A stretch of DNA of 64,000 bases, taken from NCBI RefSeq assembly GCF_009914755.1, contig NC_060926.1. The stretch is one strand, 5' to 3'. Under the pieces are notes generated by a model. That model worked only from the letters and a program-made list of their open reading frames with translations, was not told the origin of the DNA and searched no databases. Below are positions 1 through 15,209 of the stretch, piece by piece (position 1 is the first letter of the stretch; every line of letters begins with the position of its first letter). The position numbers were made by a program, and so were the translations under genes. The DNA comes from the human T2T-CHM13v2.0 reference genome, Homo sapiens.

Positions 1-194
1 CCAGTGGTGTTTAGATGAGGCCAACACACTGGAGCAAGGCAGGCTCTGGTGGCCCCCGTGCTGGGTACTGAAGGGCAGGGAAGATTTCTGGTTGAATGAG
101 ATGGTGACAGAACATTCTACACAAAAGGAAGAGTATAAACAAAGGTAGATAGCTGGAGAAACATGAATTATACTCAGGATTGAGACAAGAAGTC

Positions 195-357
195 TCAAAA
201 TGGAAGCTCACAGGCCAAATCCAACCCATGGATATATTTTTAAATTATGCTACAGATTAATTTTTTAATTCAACTGACAGCATTCAAAAATTGATAAATT
301 TCATATACAAATTCAAGTGCCTAGCTTTATGTTAAAAAATTAAAGATCCAGCAATGG
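195..357. mobile_element. hAT-Charlie MITE relic, MER103C-like
   Basis: 'ggccaaatccaacccatgga...aaatttcatatacaaattc...aaagatccagcaa' resembles the recalled MER103 consensus; highly diverged. Confidence 0.45.
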
Positions 358-844
358 TCAGCAAACATTTTCCCATGAACACCATTGGCAGGAACTTAGT
401 AGAAGTATTTACACACACCCCTGCTTGCCAGTTTCTTCCTCTCCCTTTCGCCTCATAGTTCCCAGGGTACTCATTTCCATGACCCAATGGCCCCTTAGGT
501 ATTGTCCGAATGGATAGCCTCATGTAAAAATCAATTCACCAGAAGAGATGACAAGGGAAATAATGATAGATAATATTTGTACATAGGAAAGAATCCAAGT
601 TACAGAAAGCATCTAACACCATGCTAAAGACTTTGGATTTAATTAACAGAAATCAGAAACAAAAAGATCTTAGGAGTAACATGATCAAGGTTGTGTTTTA
701 AGGAATTCCATCTGGAGGCAAGGACAGGATGTCTTGGAATGCAGAGAGAGGAAGCCAGTAACAACAATAACAAAAGCCGTCATTTACTGAATTCTACCAA
801 TATTTTCAGAAACTATTAAAACTTAATACATACCATCCTCGACA

Positions 845-1040
845 GCTTGAAATCCCAGCTCTACCTCCTACTAGCTATGTGACATTAGATCAAATTATTT
901 AACCTCTCTCAGTCTTAATTTGTAACCTGTGAAATAGTGCCTAACATAAATATATTTGTGAGCATTAAATGCATTCACCCATTTAAAGTGCAAAGAACAG
1001 TGCTTGGCCCATATAAACAGTCCAACTAATTGTAATTATA
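845..1040 (+). mobile_element. MIR SINE
   Basis: MIR core 'aatcccagctctacctcctactagctatgtgac...ttatttaacctctctcagtct' and 3' part 'aacagtgcttggcccatat'. Confidence 0.75.
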
Positions 1041-1513
1041 TATTCTTTTCTCTTTCATTCTCAAATATGGAATATATTAATTTTCTCATTTTATTGGAGA
1101 GAAAAATGATATTCAGTAATTTGAAAAATTTTGCCCAAGAGAAACAGCTATGACACGGAAGAGGCTCATGTCCAAAGCAAGCCATGATCTGGGCTCTTCA
1201 CTGCATTATGTCACTTTCTATTGACAAAGCTTTGGGAGAATCACTGAGTCTCATTTTCCAAATGGCAGGTTGAACTGGCTCACTGGATGATCGAGAAGAT
1301 CCATTATTATCCTCATGCTCTGACTACATTTTTTTTCTAGAAATTGGCCCATTCTGGATCACAGAACAAGGAAAGGAAGGAAAGAACTAGACTACTTCTT
1401 ATAATTAGGTGGTTTTATTGAGTCTACCTCTCATCAGCCCCTCCCTTGACACTCTAGATGTCACTGACCTACTTTAGATCTTTATTACCAACCATGGAGC
1501 CTAGGAAAGATAA

Positions 1514-2048
<535 letters not shown>

Positions 2049-4291
2049 TAGTGCCCTTTTCTTTATACCATCTATCAGAATCTTGCCCACTCTTCAAGAA
2101 CTCACACCCAACATGAGCCCTTTACAACCTACTCCCTGTGTCCCCAAACCCCAACACCTTTCTTCTCTCTCCCATTGTCCATAGCATCCCATCAGAACAG
2201 CCAGAACAGTCTGTGTAGCTGAGATACATGTGTACAACCCTCCCCTCCCCACTTTCTCACCACCAGTCTGTGAGCACGTTAATGGTGGGACAAAATGTCA
2301 ATCATCTCTATTTCCTGAGAATCTTAGTGCATTTGTTGCATGCCCAAGTGGAATTCCAGGTGCCACTAACTATAGAATACAAAAAAAAAGGAATATATTG
2401 GGGTAGCAGAAGAATAAAGATAATTTTAGATTTTATAATGCTTTATCCTACTAACACTTAAACATATATTGAAATATTTTAGATCCCAAAATAGATTTTG
2501 CAAACCATTAATAATCTCACAATTTTTAACAACAACAAAGGGATAAGAAAGGCCTAATGAAAAAAATTCATGTATGACTTGTGATATCTGTTTCATTTCA
2601 GTGGAATCACAGCTTATCTATATGAGCTAGAAGTTTGTGTGTCTGCTTGTGTGTGTGTGTATGTGTGTGTTTGCACAGTGATAGGGACAGAATTTGTTAT
2701 GACTCACATGGAAAAAAGTACACCCCTGAGCAACTTGGCTGGATCAAGTACACAAATAAATATTTTAAAAGGCATTGCCAACCCTGCTGTAGAAGAAATA
2801 CACTGAGAGTTTGTTTATCTGCAGCCATCTATCCTTCAAAGTGAATCTGGAAGTGGGGTCAAGGGAAGGAAAAAAATAACCTATTATGATAAATAAACAG
2901 AAGATCTAAGTTCAGTGTTGGTCCCAAAGAGATAAAATAGAAAACCGTATTATACGGCAGCAAAAATTATTCCTCTGGTAATTATAAGCATCTCATCTAT
3001 TCCAGATTCATGATGCCTAGGGTTATGAGTTTACACAATGGGTGGTTCCCTATATTCAGTCCTAAATCCAAATATTATATAGATCCTAAAAGAGCAAAGC
3101 TTTCCCTAATGTATGTGTGTTTATACTTCAAAGTAAAAAACATGCATTTTAACCAACTTTAATGGAGCTCATTTTTCTTACATACATGCAGCTCATTTTG
3201 ACATACAAGCTAGGCAACTGCCAAATTTGTCTTCCCAAAATAGAATCTGGCTCTGAAATCTAACATGGCAGCAATTAACTTAAACTGCACATCAGATAAC
3301 TTTGACTGGTCATAAATCTTTGTCATTTGCTTTAAAAAGCAACAACTGATAGCTAATAAAACTGGATATGCACCTAGCTGTAAACATTAGTTGTTTATCT
3401 TGCTATCATTAGCCCTCTTTCCTTGAGCTACATCATCCAGGACTCACAGACTCTTCACTGGCCATATCTCTGGATATTACTGGGGCAGCTGCAAATCTCA
3501 CTTTTTACCCTCAAATTATCTTTACATCTCTTATTTATTTATAGTGAAGGATGGAAGAGAAACTTTTATTTCTCAAATCATTTGGGAGTGATGACTGTCT
3601 GCTTCTTAAAATGCATGGTCTCCACTGCATTCTCTCCTTACCACTTCCACTGTCTAGCTCTGTGTATTCTCTGAGATTCTCTGTTATTTTATAAATCATC
3701 TACTATAAAATGCCAGTCCCAGGGAATGCTCCACTGGACTACAATTGAGTAACTTAAGGAATTGCTGAACATTGACTATTCTTATGGGGAATATTCTCAT
3801 GGGAGAAAATCTGAGAAGTCCTACCATACCAAAACAAAAAACAGAAAAAACCTAAATTGCCTTGGTTTTATATGAAATCTTTGTAGCATATTTGACCATA
3901 GAGCTCTCTCTTTCTTTTGTTTATTTATTTATTTATTTATTTATCTTTAGGTAGCACCTATTAACATCCTGGCAGAATCTGCATTTCTCAAATCACATGC
4001 TGGAAAGCACTGCTCCCCATTGGAGTCTAGCTCCTCAAGTTACATGTCAAGCATTATCCTCTCCTTCTTCCACATCCCCTTCCCAAAACAAAGTCCAATC
4101 AATTTCCTTTTCCAAATAATTCCAGCAGGACTACTATTCTGACAGGTTTTAGGTTAGACACCTTGACTTTTGCTTTCTTGACTGTCTATAATCAGTCTCT
4201 CAGGAAGGCTTATGTTTCCCCTTATATGAAAAGATTCCCTGGACTCACCATTCTCCTCCCCATCTCATGATCCCATAGTGATTTTCAGCAC

Positions 4292-4879
4292 TGTGACGGT
4301 TAATTTTAGCTGTCAACTTAACTGAAATAAGGATTACCTAGAGAACAGGTAAAGGATTATTTCTGGCTGTGTCTGTGAGGACGTTTCTGGAGAATATTGG
4401 CCTGTAAGTCAGTGAACTAAGTGGGGAAGATCCGCCCTCGGTGGATGCACACCATCCAATCGACTGGGGCCTGGAAAGAAAAAGGTGATTTCCTCTCTCT
4501 CCTGCAGCTGGAACATATTATTCTCCTGTCCTTGGACATCAGAACTCCAGGCTCTCTCGCTTTTGGGCTCCAGGACTTACACCAGTGTTCCCTCGGGTTC
4601 TCAGGCCTTCAGCCTCTGAATGAAAGTTACACCATCAACTTCCTTGATTCTGAAGGAATCTTGGACTTGGTTAAGCCATGCTATTGGCAGCCCAAGGTCC
4701 CCAGTCCGCACACAGCCAGTCACTGGACTTCTCAGCCCCGTAATCACATGAGCCAATTTCCCTAATAAATCCATTCTTGTATCTCTTTCTCTCTCTCTTT
4801 GTATCTACCTATCTATATCTTCTATTCTATCTATATATACACACACATATATATATATATCCACACATATATATATATC

Positions 4880-4927
<48 letters not shown>

Positions 4928-4970
4928 ATAGATAGATCTTTTATTGGTTCTTTCTCTCTGGAGAACCCCA
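4292..4970 (+). mobile_element. MLT2 (ERV-L) solo LTR
   Basis: Starts 'tgtgacggttaattttagctgtcaactt', ends 'attggttctttctctctggagaaccc'; internal 'cttggacatcagaactccagg'. Confidence 0.88.
4881..4937 (+). repeat. (TAGA)11-TAAA-(TAGA)2 tetranucleotide STR, preceded by (TA)n/(CA)n
   Basis: Read directly from the sequence; lies inside the MLT2 3' region. Confidence 0.97.
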
Positions 4971-6329
4971 GCTATTATAAGCCCTCATCCTCTCATCAAA
5001 GCCTAATGGTTGAGGCAAAAAGCCCACAGCAACCATTCTTGTCCATTCTTTAGTGTCAGGCTCACCCGGAGGCTCAGCATCTCCATGTCTTTTCTGATAC
5101 TACAACCCAAAGGAATCACACCTTTACCTAAATTCCTATGTAGGTGTTCAGTACCACAAAAGCTTACCTCTAATCATTCTCTAACTGGGAGGCAGGAGGG
5201 CTGCATTGGGCATCCTAGGTAGATTATAAATTTATTGATGTATCTGAGCTTTTATTTTCTATATTTCACAATGTATGGACTAGTGTTGGGTGCAACATTT
5301 GTGTATGATGAATACAATGATCGATGAAAAACAAAAATAATTTAAAATAATGGAGTGGGAACATGAAACACTCACTTAGGATGCCTTCCTTATTCCTAGA
5401 CAAGTAGGCGTCATTTCCTTTATTTAGGCACTCTCCTAGGAAGGATTTCTACAGAAACACTCAGACTGAGAATGCTTCAGGGCTTCAATTTCCTCAAAGG
5501 TGATAAAACGAACAGAACCTGAAGCAGGTATTAAGGCTAAATCTAGAACCAGAATCCAAAAACATTAGAAATTACTGTGGGGGATTCATGGTGATATATA
5601 AACAATCAATAAATGTTATAGACTTTTTTTAGAAGGTGGCACCAAATTGCTCTCAAAGCCCATTAAGGCTGGTCTTTGTCCTCCTTCGCCATACCCAGCG
5701 TTTTCAACATCCATCAATCCTGGGTGCCTGTGTCAGGTGGCAATGCTTTCTTCCAAGCCCATGGGTATATCAGCTTAGGCTCTAAAGAAAACTAGTCACT
5801 TCAAATTCCCGAAAGCCTCTTTCTCACAGTTTTCCTTTAACACTAAAAGTTTGAGCTTTACAAACTGGCCTTATAAACAAAGTTTTGACACAGACTCTAT
5901 AAGAAACATTTCAGATTGGTTAAACCCTTATACTGAAATACTTGGGCTTCCTTTGGCTCAGAGATTACACTTTATGTAAAACTATCCACATTCTACAATT
6001 ATCTAGAACAAATAATTTTATTATAAAAAGTGACCATTTTCAATTCAGGTTAATCATGTCCTCACAATGTTCTCTGTTTTGTTGTTCCTTCCATGAAGTT
6101 CATTCACCTGCTCTGTGCCAAGGACTATCCTCAATGATGGAAGCACAATATTTAATACAAAAGTCTCTGTCCTTAACTCACAATTAAATAAAGTTTCCAG
6201 AAATCACAACAGAGTACAGGTCAAGCTACTAGAAATTGCAGATGTTCAACCATGGCTACAAGGGCTACAGAAACAGCCATTTCAATGACTTAGCCTAATA
6301 CAGTATTTGTTTTATGTCTTTAATAAAGA

Positions 6330-7280
6330 TGTATAAGAAGTCCTGAGTGCTGTAGAGAATGGGATGATCAATTGCCTTTGGGAAAAAGTAGAGAAAGTTC
6401 TGGAAAGCCTTTTCCTAGGAGGACATGCTTAAGTTATATCATGAGAGATAAGGGAGGAAAGGGAAATCCAGGAATGAGGACTGTCAAGTGCATATGCGTG
6501 AAATGGTCAACCCAGTGTCATTTCAGCATGGCTGGAAAACTGCACTAACAGAGAGGCAGTGAGAGACACAGCTAAGGAGACAGGCAAAGGACAGTGTTCT
6601 GAGGGCACTGCATGCCATGAAAAAGAGTCCAGACTTTATTCCAACAGGAAATGGGAAGTCATTGAAGGGCTACAAGAAGAGGAGTAGTATGAACAAGTAC
6701 ACTTTAAGAGCTCCTTCTGAAATAATGCATAGTACCAATTATGGGAAATTGAGACTAGAAACAGGGGAAGAGGAGACTCTACAGTAATCAAGTAAACGCA
6801 TATTGAGGACCTAAATGAAGACAGTGAAATTTAGTTCTGTAGGGAAGAGGGCAGAGGCTCATGTGGGGTTTAAGAGAAAGAAGCAGCAGCATCACTAATC
6901 AGAGGTGGAGGAAAGGGTGAGAGGAACACAGGAAGTCAAGGAAAGTGTCAAAGATGACTTCTAGGCAGGACCAGCGATGTGATGTGTGGGGCCCAGTGCA
7001 AAATGATATTATTTGCAAATTATTAAGAATATCAAGGTGGAGATGGCTGAGAAGAAGCCAAGCACAGGGTCCTTCTGAGCATGGCACCTGGGCAATTGCA
7101 CAGGTCACATGTCCATGAAGCTGGCCCTGCTCCCAGCTTCTCACTAAAGTGCCTGAGTAGATGGTGGGATCATTAAGTAGGATCCAGAACACAGGAGAAG
7201 GGGTAGATGAGGGAAGAATAAAATGAGATTTGGTTGGTTATGTTGATTTTAAAGTTCTTGTGACATAGCTAAATGGAAAG
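6330..7280 (-). mobile_element. L2 LINE fragment, interrupted by MER91
   Basis: Antisense L2 motifs 'catgccatgaaaaagagtccagactttattc...gggaagtcattgaaggg', 'aggaaaagtgtcaaagatgacttctag'. Confidence 0.7.
6966..7129 (-). mobile_element. MER91A-like hAT-Tip100 MITE
   Basis: Ends caggacc...ggccctg; 'gcacaggtcacatgtccatgaagctggccctg' matches the recalled MER91A. Confidence 0.75.
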
Positions 7281-7284
7281 CTAG

Positions 7285-7530
7285 TATAAGGTAGTGATTA
7301 AAGCAAGGGCATTAGAATCAGACAGAGCTGGGTTTAGGTCACAGCTGTTGTAAGCCATGAGATCTTGAGTGAGTTACCTACATTTAATGTGTTTTGGTTT
7401 CCTCCTCTGTAAACCTCACAGGCTAATGAGGATCAAATGGGATCACATTTTAAAGTTATTAGTCAAGAGGCTGATATATGGTGTGTGTAAGCCATTCAAA
7501 AAGGACATTCATTATTATTTATTACTATTA
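7285..7530 (+). mobile_element. MIR SINE
   Basis: 'gtagtgattaaagcaagggcattagaatcagacagagctgggttt...tttcctcctctgtaaa'. Confidence 0.75.
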
Positions 7531-8779
7531 TTATATCCAGTAGGCTGTTAGTTGAGTGAGTCCAGAGCAGTTGATGAGGTTTGGAGAATTACAGCTACAC
7601 TATTGGCTCAAGATGGTGGCAGCAAAAGAAAATATACAGTAACCAGAACAGAGGCCTGAGGTGGAGGCATCAATGCTGAAGAGCACTGACACTTGATGGG
7701 GAAAGAAAGAAAGAAAAGGAAAGGGAGACAAAATGAGTTCTGGACCCTACACATGCGCGAAGCTTAAACAAAGAAATAGATTACTAATAGTGGAATTTCA
7801 CAATAGAAAGAGACCTGTGAGGAAATACCTGGGGACAGGATCTCCCAGTCAGGCAGTCATTTATTCCATCAATAGATTCCTCAGCCCTGCTTCCCAGATA
7901 TATGCTGCAAAGGTTCCAGATGTTTCTTTTTCCCTCAAGTCATTTTTATGCAGTTTTCTAGCATGTTTATTAAATTATAAAAATCTGCCTCTGCTTCTAA
8001 GAGAAAATAGCATCTGATTAGATTTACAGCACTCTACAATCCTAACCGTTCAGAGAAAGTTGTCCATTTTTCATTTCATCAAGGGTATCAAGAATCCTTC
8101 ATATTACATTAAGCGAGTATCACTGTTTAAAGATTGCCTCACTCTTTTGACAATCTAACTTCTAATCTAATCTTTAACCTACAAGATACATTTTTAATTT
8201 GTTTTTCTGAATCACCTTAGTAACTTATGAATATATTCATTTATCCTAAGTAAAGGAAAATGGAACAAAAATCTTCAAATACTCTGCTAACTCCCTTAAA
8301 TTTATTTAAGAACATAACTTGGGACTCCATTCTGTAACTGTAATACCCTTTCCACCAGTTCTTCAATTATGCAAGTTCATAGTCTTCTGGGCCCTTTAGT
8401 AATTTAGCATCTGGTTTTTGAGTTATGTGATTTTTTTCCATGAATAATAAAAAATTTTAAGTTAGGTATCAGTTCACAAAATTTACAAACTTAACAGGCA
8501 ACCTTTGATAGGAATCAAGTAATATTTTCCTCTCAATGACTGTAGCAGACAGTGACTGGGTAAAGTATGACCAAAAATAATACGCAAATTAAAAGCACAT
8601 TGCTGCATCTTTAGTGCAGGGTAAAAAAAGTTTTTAATTAATTTTATTGATGGCAATATTTTGACTTTCTACAGTGGACCACCCCTCCTTCAAACCCACT
8701 CAAACTTTCTGCCATACTCATCATCCTCAGCACAAGATTTTTCCAAGGCAACAAGTATCATTAAGAATGAACTCCTTCA

Positions 8780-9450
<671 letters not shown>

Positions 9451-9931
9451 TCTGGCTTTCAGAAACAAACAAAAACTTATATGTGCTTTTTTCTCAAGGC
9501 CTAACCCAGTGCTCATGCCCTAGATCCCAGTTTTTCCTTTGGCCTCTGGAAATTGCATTCTTGATTACCTCCATCCCTTCCCTTCTCTCTTTTTCTCAGT
9601 AGCAAAACTTCTCTTTGCAAATATACTTCACTCTCCCATTCCAAAAGAAAAAAAAAATCCTTCTCTTAACACTACCACTTTACTATAGTCTAACCTTTCT
9701 TCCTTTCCCTCTTACTGTGCCCATTTATATACCACCCATTCACATCTAATTTCTTGTGGGAATTTGTGAGTTTTTCCTAGAACATACAAGACCTCTTGTG
9801 GAAGGTCATCCCTAGGGCCCACTTCCTAGAACTCTGGTTTCCTTTCTATCCCTTCTCCCCTTCTATCAGTGCTTCCTTAAATCTTCTATAAGCACTTTCC
9901 CACCCACCCCCAAACTTCTTGTTCTATAATG

Positions 9932-10147
9932 TTAGAGCAATCCAGCTGAACTTTCTAATAGAAATTTTATATCTCTGTGCTTTTCTAACACAGTAGCCAC
10001 ACTTGTCTATTGGGTACTTGAAATGTGGCTCGTGTGACTGAGGAATGAAATTTTGAATTATATTTAATTAACTTTCATTACATTATATTTAAGTTTGCAT
10101 AGCAACATGTGGTGGGGTCTACCACATTGGTCAGCACTGCCCTAGAC
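9932..10147. mobile_element. MER3-like hAT-Charlie MITE
   Basis: 'ctattgggtacttgaaatgtggctcgtgtgactgaggaa...ctaccacattggtcagcactgccctaga'. Confidence 0.75.
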
Positions 10148-10649
10148 AATATCATCTACCCTCATAGCCCCCATCACCTAAAGTCATTGTCAACTCTTCC
10201 TTTTTTCAGCTAAATCTATGTTGAGCATCAGGCATTGTGCCAGCCAATTAAGAAGGCAGACATCAACAAACAGTTCTCAGTCTAGCAGTGCAGTTGGATT
10301 GGTATTATGAGACAGCAATTATGAGACATGTAATATCACTGCTGATAGGATACACATGGGTAAGAACAGAGAAAGAATATGTACATCAGCCTGACAGAAT
10401 TAGGGAAGGAACTAGTTATCCAGGTGGACAAGGAAGGTAAAATGCCACAGACACAGAGCAGCATGATCTGAAGCACAGGCATAAAAGAACACAGCAGACT
10501 CAACATCATGCATTCATAGATCTCCCCTCCAACCATAACTTTGAGTCTTCCAATGTACTTGCTTAATTATCCTTATGGAAACATTGTCTGACTTCATTAA
10601 AGCCCCCAATTCACCCATCTTACTTTCTCTGTCCCTGGTCTCCTTTGTC

Positions 10650-10903
10650 TTTCTTTTCTTTTTTTTCTTTGAGACAGAGTCTTACTCTGCAGTGATGTAG
10701 TCCCAGCTTACTGCAACTCCTGCCTCCCAGGTTCAAGTGATTCTGCTGTCTCAGCCTCCAGAGCAGCTGGGACTACAGGCATGCACCACCACATCCAGCT
10801 GATTTTTTTGTATTTTTAGTAGAGACAGGATTTCACCATATTGGTCAAGCTGGTCTTGAACTCCAGGCCTCAAGTGATCTGCTCACCTCAGCCTCCCAAA
10901 GTG
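10650..10903 (-). mobile_element. AluS, 5'-truncated with a small internal deletion
   Basis: Poly-T, 'gagacagagtcttactctg', 'tttttagtagagacagg', ends 'gcctcccaaagtg'. Confidence 0.92.
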
Positions 10904-11239
10904 AAACTTCCATAGGTTGGGATAATACATCCATAACCTTGAATTAACCCAAGAATTCATCTTCTCCAATATTTGCATTATTGAAGCAAATCTTTGCTAA
11001 AGAAAATCATGCATGTAGTAAAACTGGTGTCAAATTCATGACAGTCAATCACAAAAGGACACTCAAAAATTATTCTTAGTTTCTATGAAAGGTTATCTCT
11101 CTCCCTCCTTATAAAGTTTATTTCTTTTCTTTCCCTCACTACTGTAAGCTCTCACCTTTCCTTCTCACAACATTCATTTGATTAATTTGCCTCATTCCAT
11201 AGGACAGGGTTCCCTCATTTGCCCTAACTAGTTCTAGAA

Positions 11240-11560
11240 TAGATTGCATTAATGGCCCAGGTTCTTCACTGGTCCCCGTATGCACACTCTTTGCCATGTA
11301 ACTTTGTTTGCCCTAACTCTGACTCTGACCTTGACCATGTGGCTTGTTTGGCCAATGGGATATTATCAAATATTATACAACAGAAATGTTCACATGATTG
11401 GACTCCTGCTCTATTTGCCACCACTGTGAGAAGATGCCTGAACTAGCCTCTAGAGGATGACACATGCGATCCAGCTGTCTCCAGCACTCCATTGAAGAAC
11501 CAGTCAGCCACCAGATATCTGAATTAGCCCAGCTGAGAGCAGAAAGAACACCCAGTGGAA
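11240..11560 (+). mobile_element. MLT1 (MaLR) LTR fragment
   Basis: 'ccttgaccatgtggcttgtttggccaatggga', 'ccactgtgagaagatgcctgaactagcc'. Confidence 0.6.
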
Positions 11561-11748
11561 GCAGCCTGTGTCTGCTCCCATCTTTTCTTCCTCCCTCAAC
11601 AGACAAAGTATTCTCTTACGATGTCATTTCTCCATTCCTTCCCGGCCAAGGACTTTGCTCCTTTGGCTAGCCTCACTCTGCTGCATCAGCTGTAGCAACC
11701 TTTCTACTCAATCCTCAGAATATGTACCGACATATTCTACTTTCTTCA

Positions 11749-12090
<342 letters not shown>

Positions 12091-12129
12091 CTACCACCTC
12101 CTTTCTTAGCTCCCTTTCAGATCCCTAAT

Positions 12130-13260
12130 TCTCCCCTTTCATTCGCTCTTCACCTCCTTGCAATATGATTTTTACCCTAACAGTTCTCTCCTCTGAAAAT
12201 GCTATTGTTAATGTCCTCAGTGAGTTAACTTTTTCAATGCACATGTTTGTCCTTGTCTTATAATTCTAAGAACCTCTGGAAAATACTTCCTCCCTCTTAG
12301 GATACTTTCTTCTCTTTGGTTTTCTCCTTCTTACTAGTTGCCAACTGGTATCATTCATTTTGGCCAGTGCTCACGGTTCAACCCAAACTCTAAGAATTAT
12401 AATTAGGTCCCTTCTATCATCTCTACACTTGCTTCTTGGGTGTGCACATACATTCTCATAGCTTTAGACAATGCACTTATGATGATAATTCTCAAGTTCA
12501 CATCTCTACCCTAAATTTCTCCTCAGAAGTCCAGGCCTGTATTTTCAAATGCTTACTACATACGTCCACTTGAATGTTCCCAAAACATTTCAAAATTAAC
12601 ATGTGCACAAAGGGACTCTTGATTTCCCATCTAAAAATGTCATCCCACTCTGCTCTTATAAGTTAAATGTAAAACTACCCATTTAGTGCTTGGGGGTTTT
12701 AGAGGAAGGTGGAAGGAATCATTAATTATTCCTCTCTTTCCCACTGTACCCCTATCTAACCCATCAGCAAGAACTATGTTTCCTATATACAAAATATATT
12801 GCAAATCTTTCCATTTCTCACTATTTCTACAGTCACCACCTCACTCTAAGACATCATCATCTTTTATGGAAACTTTAATAGATTTTTTAAAAGTCTTCTT
12901 GCCTTCTGTACTGCTGGGATTCTCCACCCAGCAGTCAGAATAATCTTCTGCAAATATAAATTAAAACACACTATTCTCCTATTCTCCTCCTTGGAAATTG
13001 TCTCTTGCTGCACTCCTGGCAAATCCAAAGACCTGACTTTGGCCGACAAGGCCTACACAGGATCAAGTCCTCTGCTTGGCCCTTTACCCACCCTTCAGGG
13101 ATCATTCCCTTTTTCCCCCGTGCCCAAGCCACAAGGGCTTTTTCCAAGTTCTTCAAATGAGAACTATCTTCTCTGCAATAGATTCAGTGTTCATATAGCT
13201 CCTTCCACTTGCAACATTTTCCCATCATATCCTTTAGTCTATGTTGACAAAGCAGTTTAG
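12130..13260 (+). mobile_element. L2 LINE fragment
   Basis: 'cacatctctaccctaaatttctcctcagaagtccag...tccacttgaatgttcccaaaacatttcaaaattaacatg'. Confidence 0.7.
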
Positions 13261-13389
13261 TTAATCTTTAGTGGGGCCTCTTCTGGCCATCCTATATAGG
13301 GTAGGCCTCCCTTAACCTGTTAGCCTTTCTCTCGGTGTCTTATTTATTTATCTCTCAATTCTGTATACCAAAATTGTTTCTTTCTTTTA

Positions 13390-14020
13390 TTCTCTTATTC
13401 AATACATATGTATGAAATGCCTACTGTGGGCCAACAGATGTGATAAGCACTTGGGACACAGTAATGAACAAGTCAGCAAAGCTTCCTGCTCATATATAAC
13501 ACCAATTCTGGGAGGATATTGATAATAAACATCAACAATAATAATATATAAAGAAATTACATAAAATGATAGAAGGTTATAAGTACAATGGAACAAAACA
13601 GAGCAGGTTAAGGAGGTGTCAGGAGTAATAGGGAGGTAGGAAGAGCTACAGCTAAGCAGAATGGTTAATCATTCAATTAAAATACTCATAGAAAGGTGAT
13701 ATTTAAGAAAGGCTTTAGGACACAGATGGAGTGAGCCAGGATGCCTATGGAAGCATACCTGGGCAGAAGGAACAGTCAGTTCAAAAGTTCTCAGGTAGGA
13801 GCATGCCTTCTGCAATCAAGGAACCAAGGATGACAGAATGGCTGAGATAAAATGAGAGATGGGGACACCAGTGGAAAGTGTGCTCGTGGAGTTAAGAGGC
13901 CAGAGGAAGACTTTTTAGGACCTTGGAGGCCCTCATAAAGACTTTGGCTTTTATGCTGAATTACATGGGAAGCCAATAGAAGTTTTTGGGCCAAGGAATG
14001 ACATGATCTGATTTGTTTAC
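13390..14020 (-). mobile_element. L2 LINE 3' fragment
   Basis: 'attcaatacatatgtatgaaatgcctactgtgggcca...aaggaatgacatgatctgattt'. Confidence 0.78.
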
Positions 14021-14367
14021 AATGTCTATTTACTTGTTTATGTTTTTGTTTCCATCATTAAATGATGCCCCTTTAGCTCATCACTGAGCATTCAGTGACT
14101 ACTACAGTACAAAGTACATAAATATTTGTTAAGTGAAAAAAATAAATGCATGACATTACCCTATGATATTTAGCATGTCTATAGAAAACAGAGTATATTT
14201 GAAAGAAGATGAGAAGAGAGATAAATGGAAAGTAGGGATTCTACTTTAATACATACTATATGTAAAATGAGATATATGTTTTTAGGTAAGTTAAAGCACA
14301 TTAAATATTTTTTAAAAAATTATTAACTTGCAACAACCAGAAAATATTCAAAAGTACATAAATAATA

Positions 14368-15014
14368 TGTGATGATTAATTGTATGTGTCAATTTGGCTG
14401 GGCTACAGGGTGCTCAGATATTTAGTCAAACATTATTCTGGGTGTTTCTGTGAGGGTGTTTCTGAAAGACATTAACATTTAAATCAGTGGGCTTTGAATA
14501 AAGCAGATTGTCCTTCATAATATATGTGTGCCTCATCCAATCAGTTGAAGACAGAAACAGAACAAAAGGACTGGCTTCCCTGAGGAAGAAAGAACACCCT
14601 AGCAAAATACTTTCAGACTTCATCTTCATCATCCGTTCTTCCTGTTTTTACAGCAGACACCACTCAGACTTGAATGGAAATATGAGATTTCCTGGGTCTC
14701 CAGTCTGCCAGGCTTAGACTGGAGGTAGTAACTGAAAAATACAGTAACTGAGATAAAACTCATTGAGTTGACTCAACACTAGAAGACAAAGAAAAGGATC
14801 ACTGAACTTGAAGATAGAATAGAAATTACACAATCTAAACTGGAGATCCAGGTTGCCAACCTGCGGGCCAACCCTGCAGATATTAGGTTTTCCAGTTTCC
14901 ATAATTGTGTGAGAAAATTCCCTATAATAAACCCCAGTCTCTCTCTCTGTGTGTGTGTACACACACATACACATCCTATTGGTTCTGTTTCTCTAGAGAG
15001 TTCTGACTAACACA
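14368..15014 (+). mobile_element. MLT2 solo LTR with an internal templated insertion
   Basis: Starts 'tgtgatgattaattgtatgtgtcaatttggctgggcta', ends 'attggttctgtttctctagagagttctgactaacaca'. Confidence 0.9.
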
Positions 15015-15209
15015 TAATATATATTTTCCCTGTCAGCCACATAATAGATCTCACTGGGTAAACTTGGAAAAGTTTTAATTTTTTGTTCAATGAATCCAAA
15101 TCTAAGTATCTCTATCACATTTATTTGCTAACGATTTACTCAATAACTGAAAAATTAAAAGCCAGTGTAGAGATCTCTACTTCCAGTCATTATAAGTGGT
15201 ACTACATTA

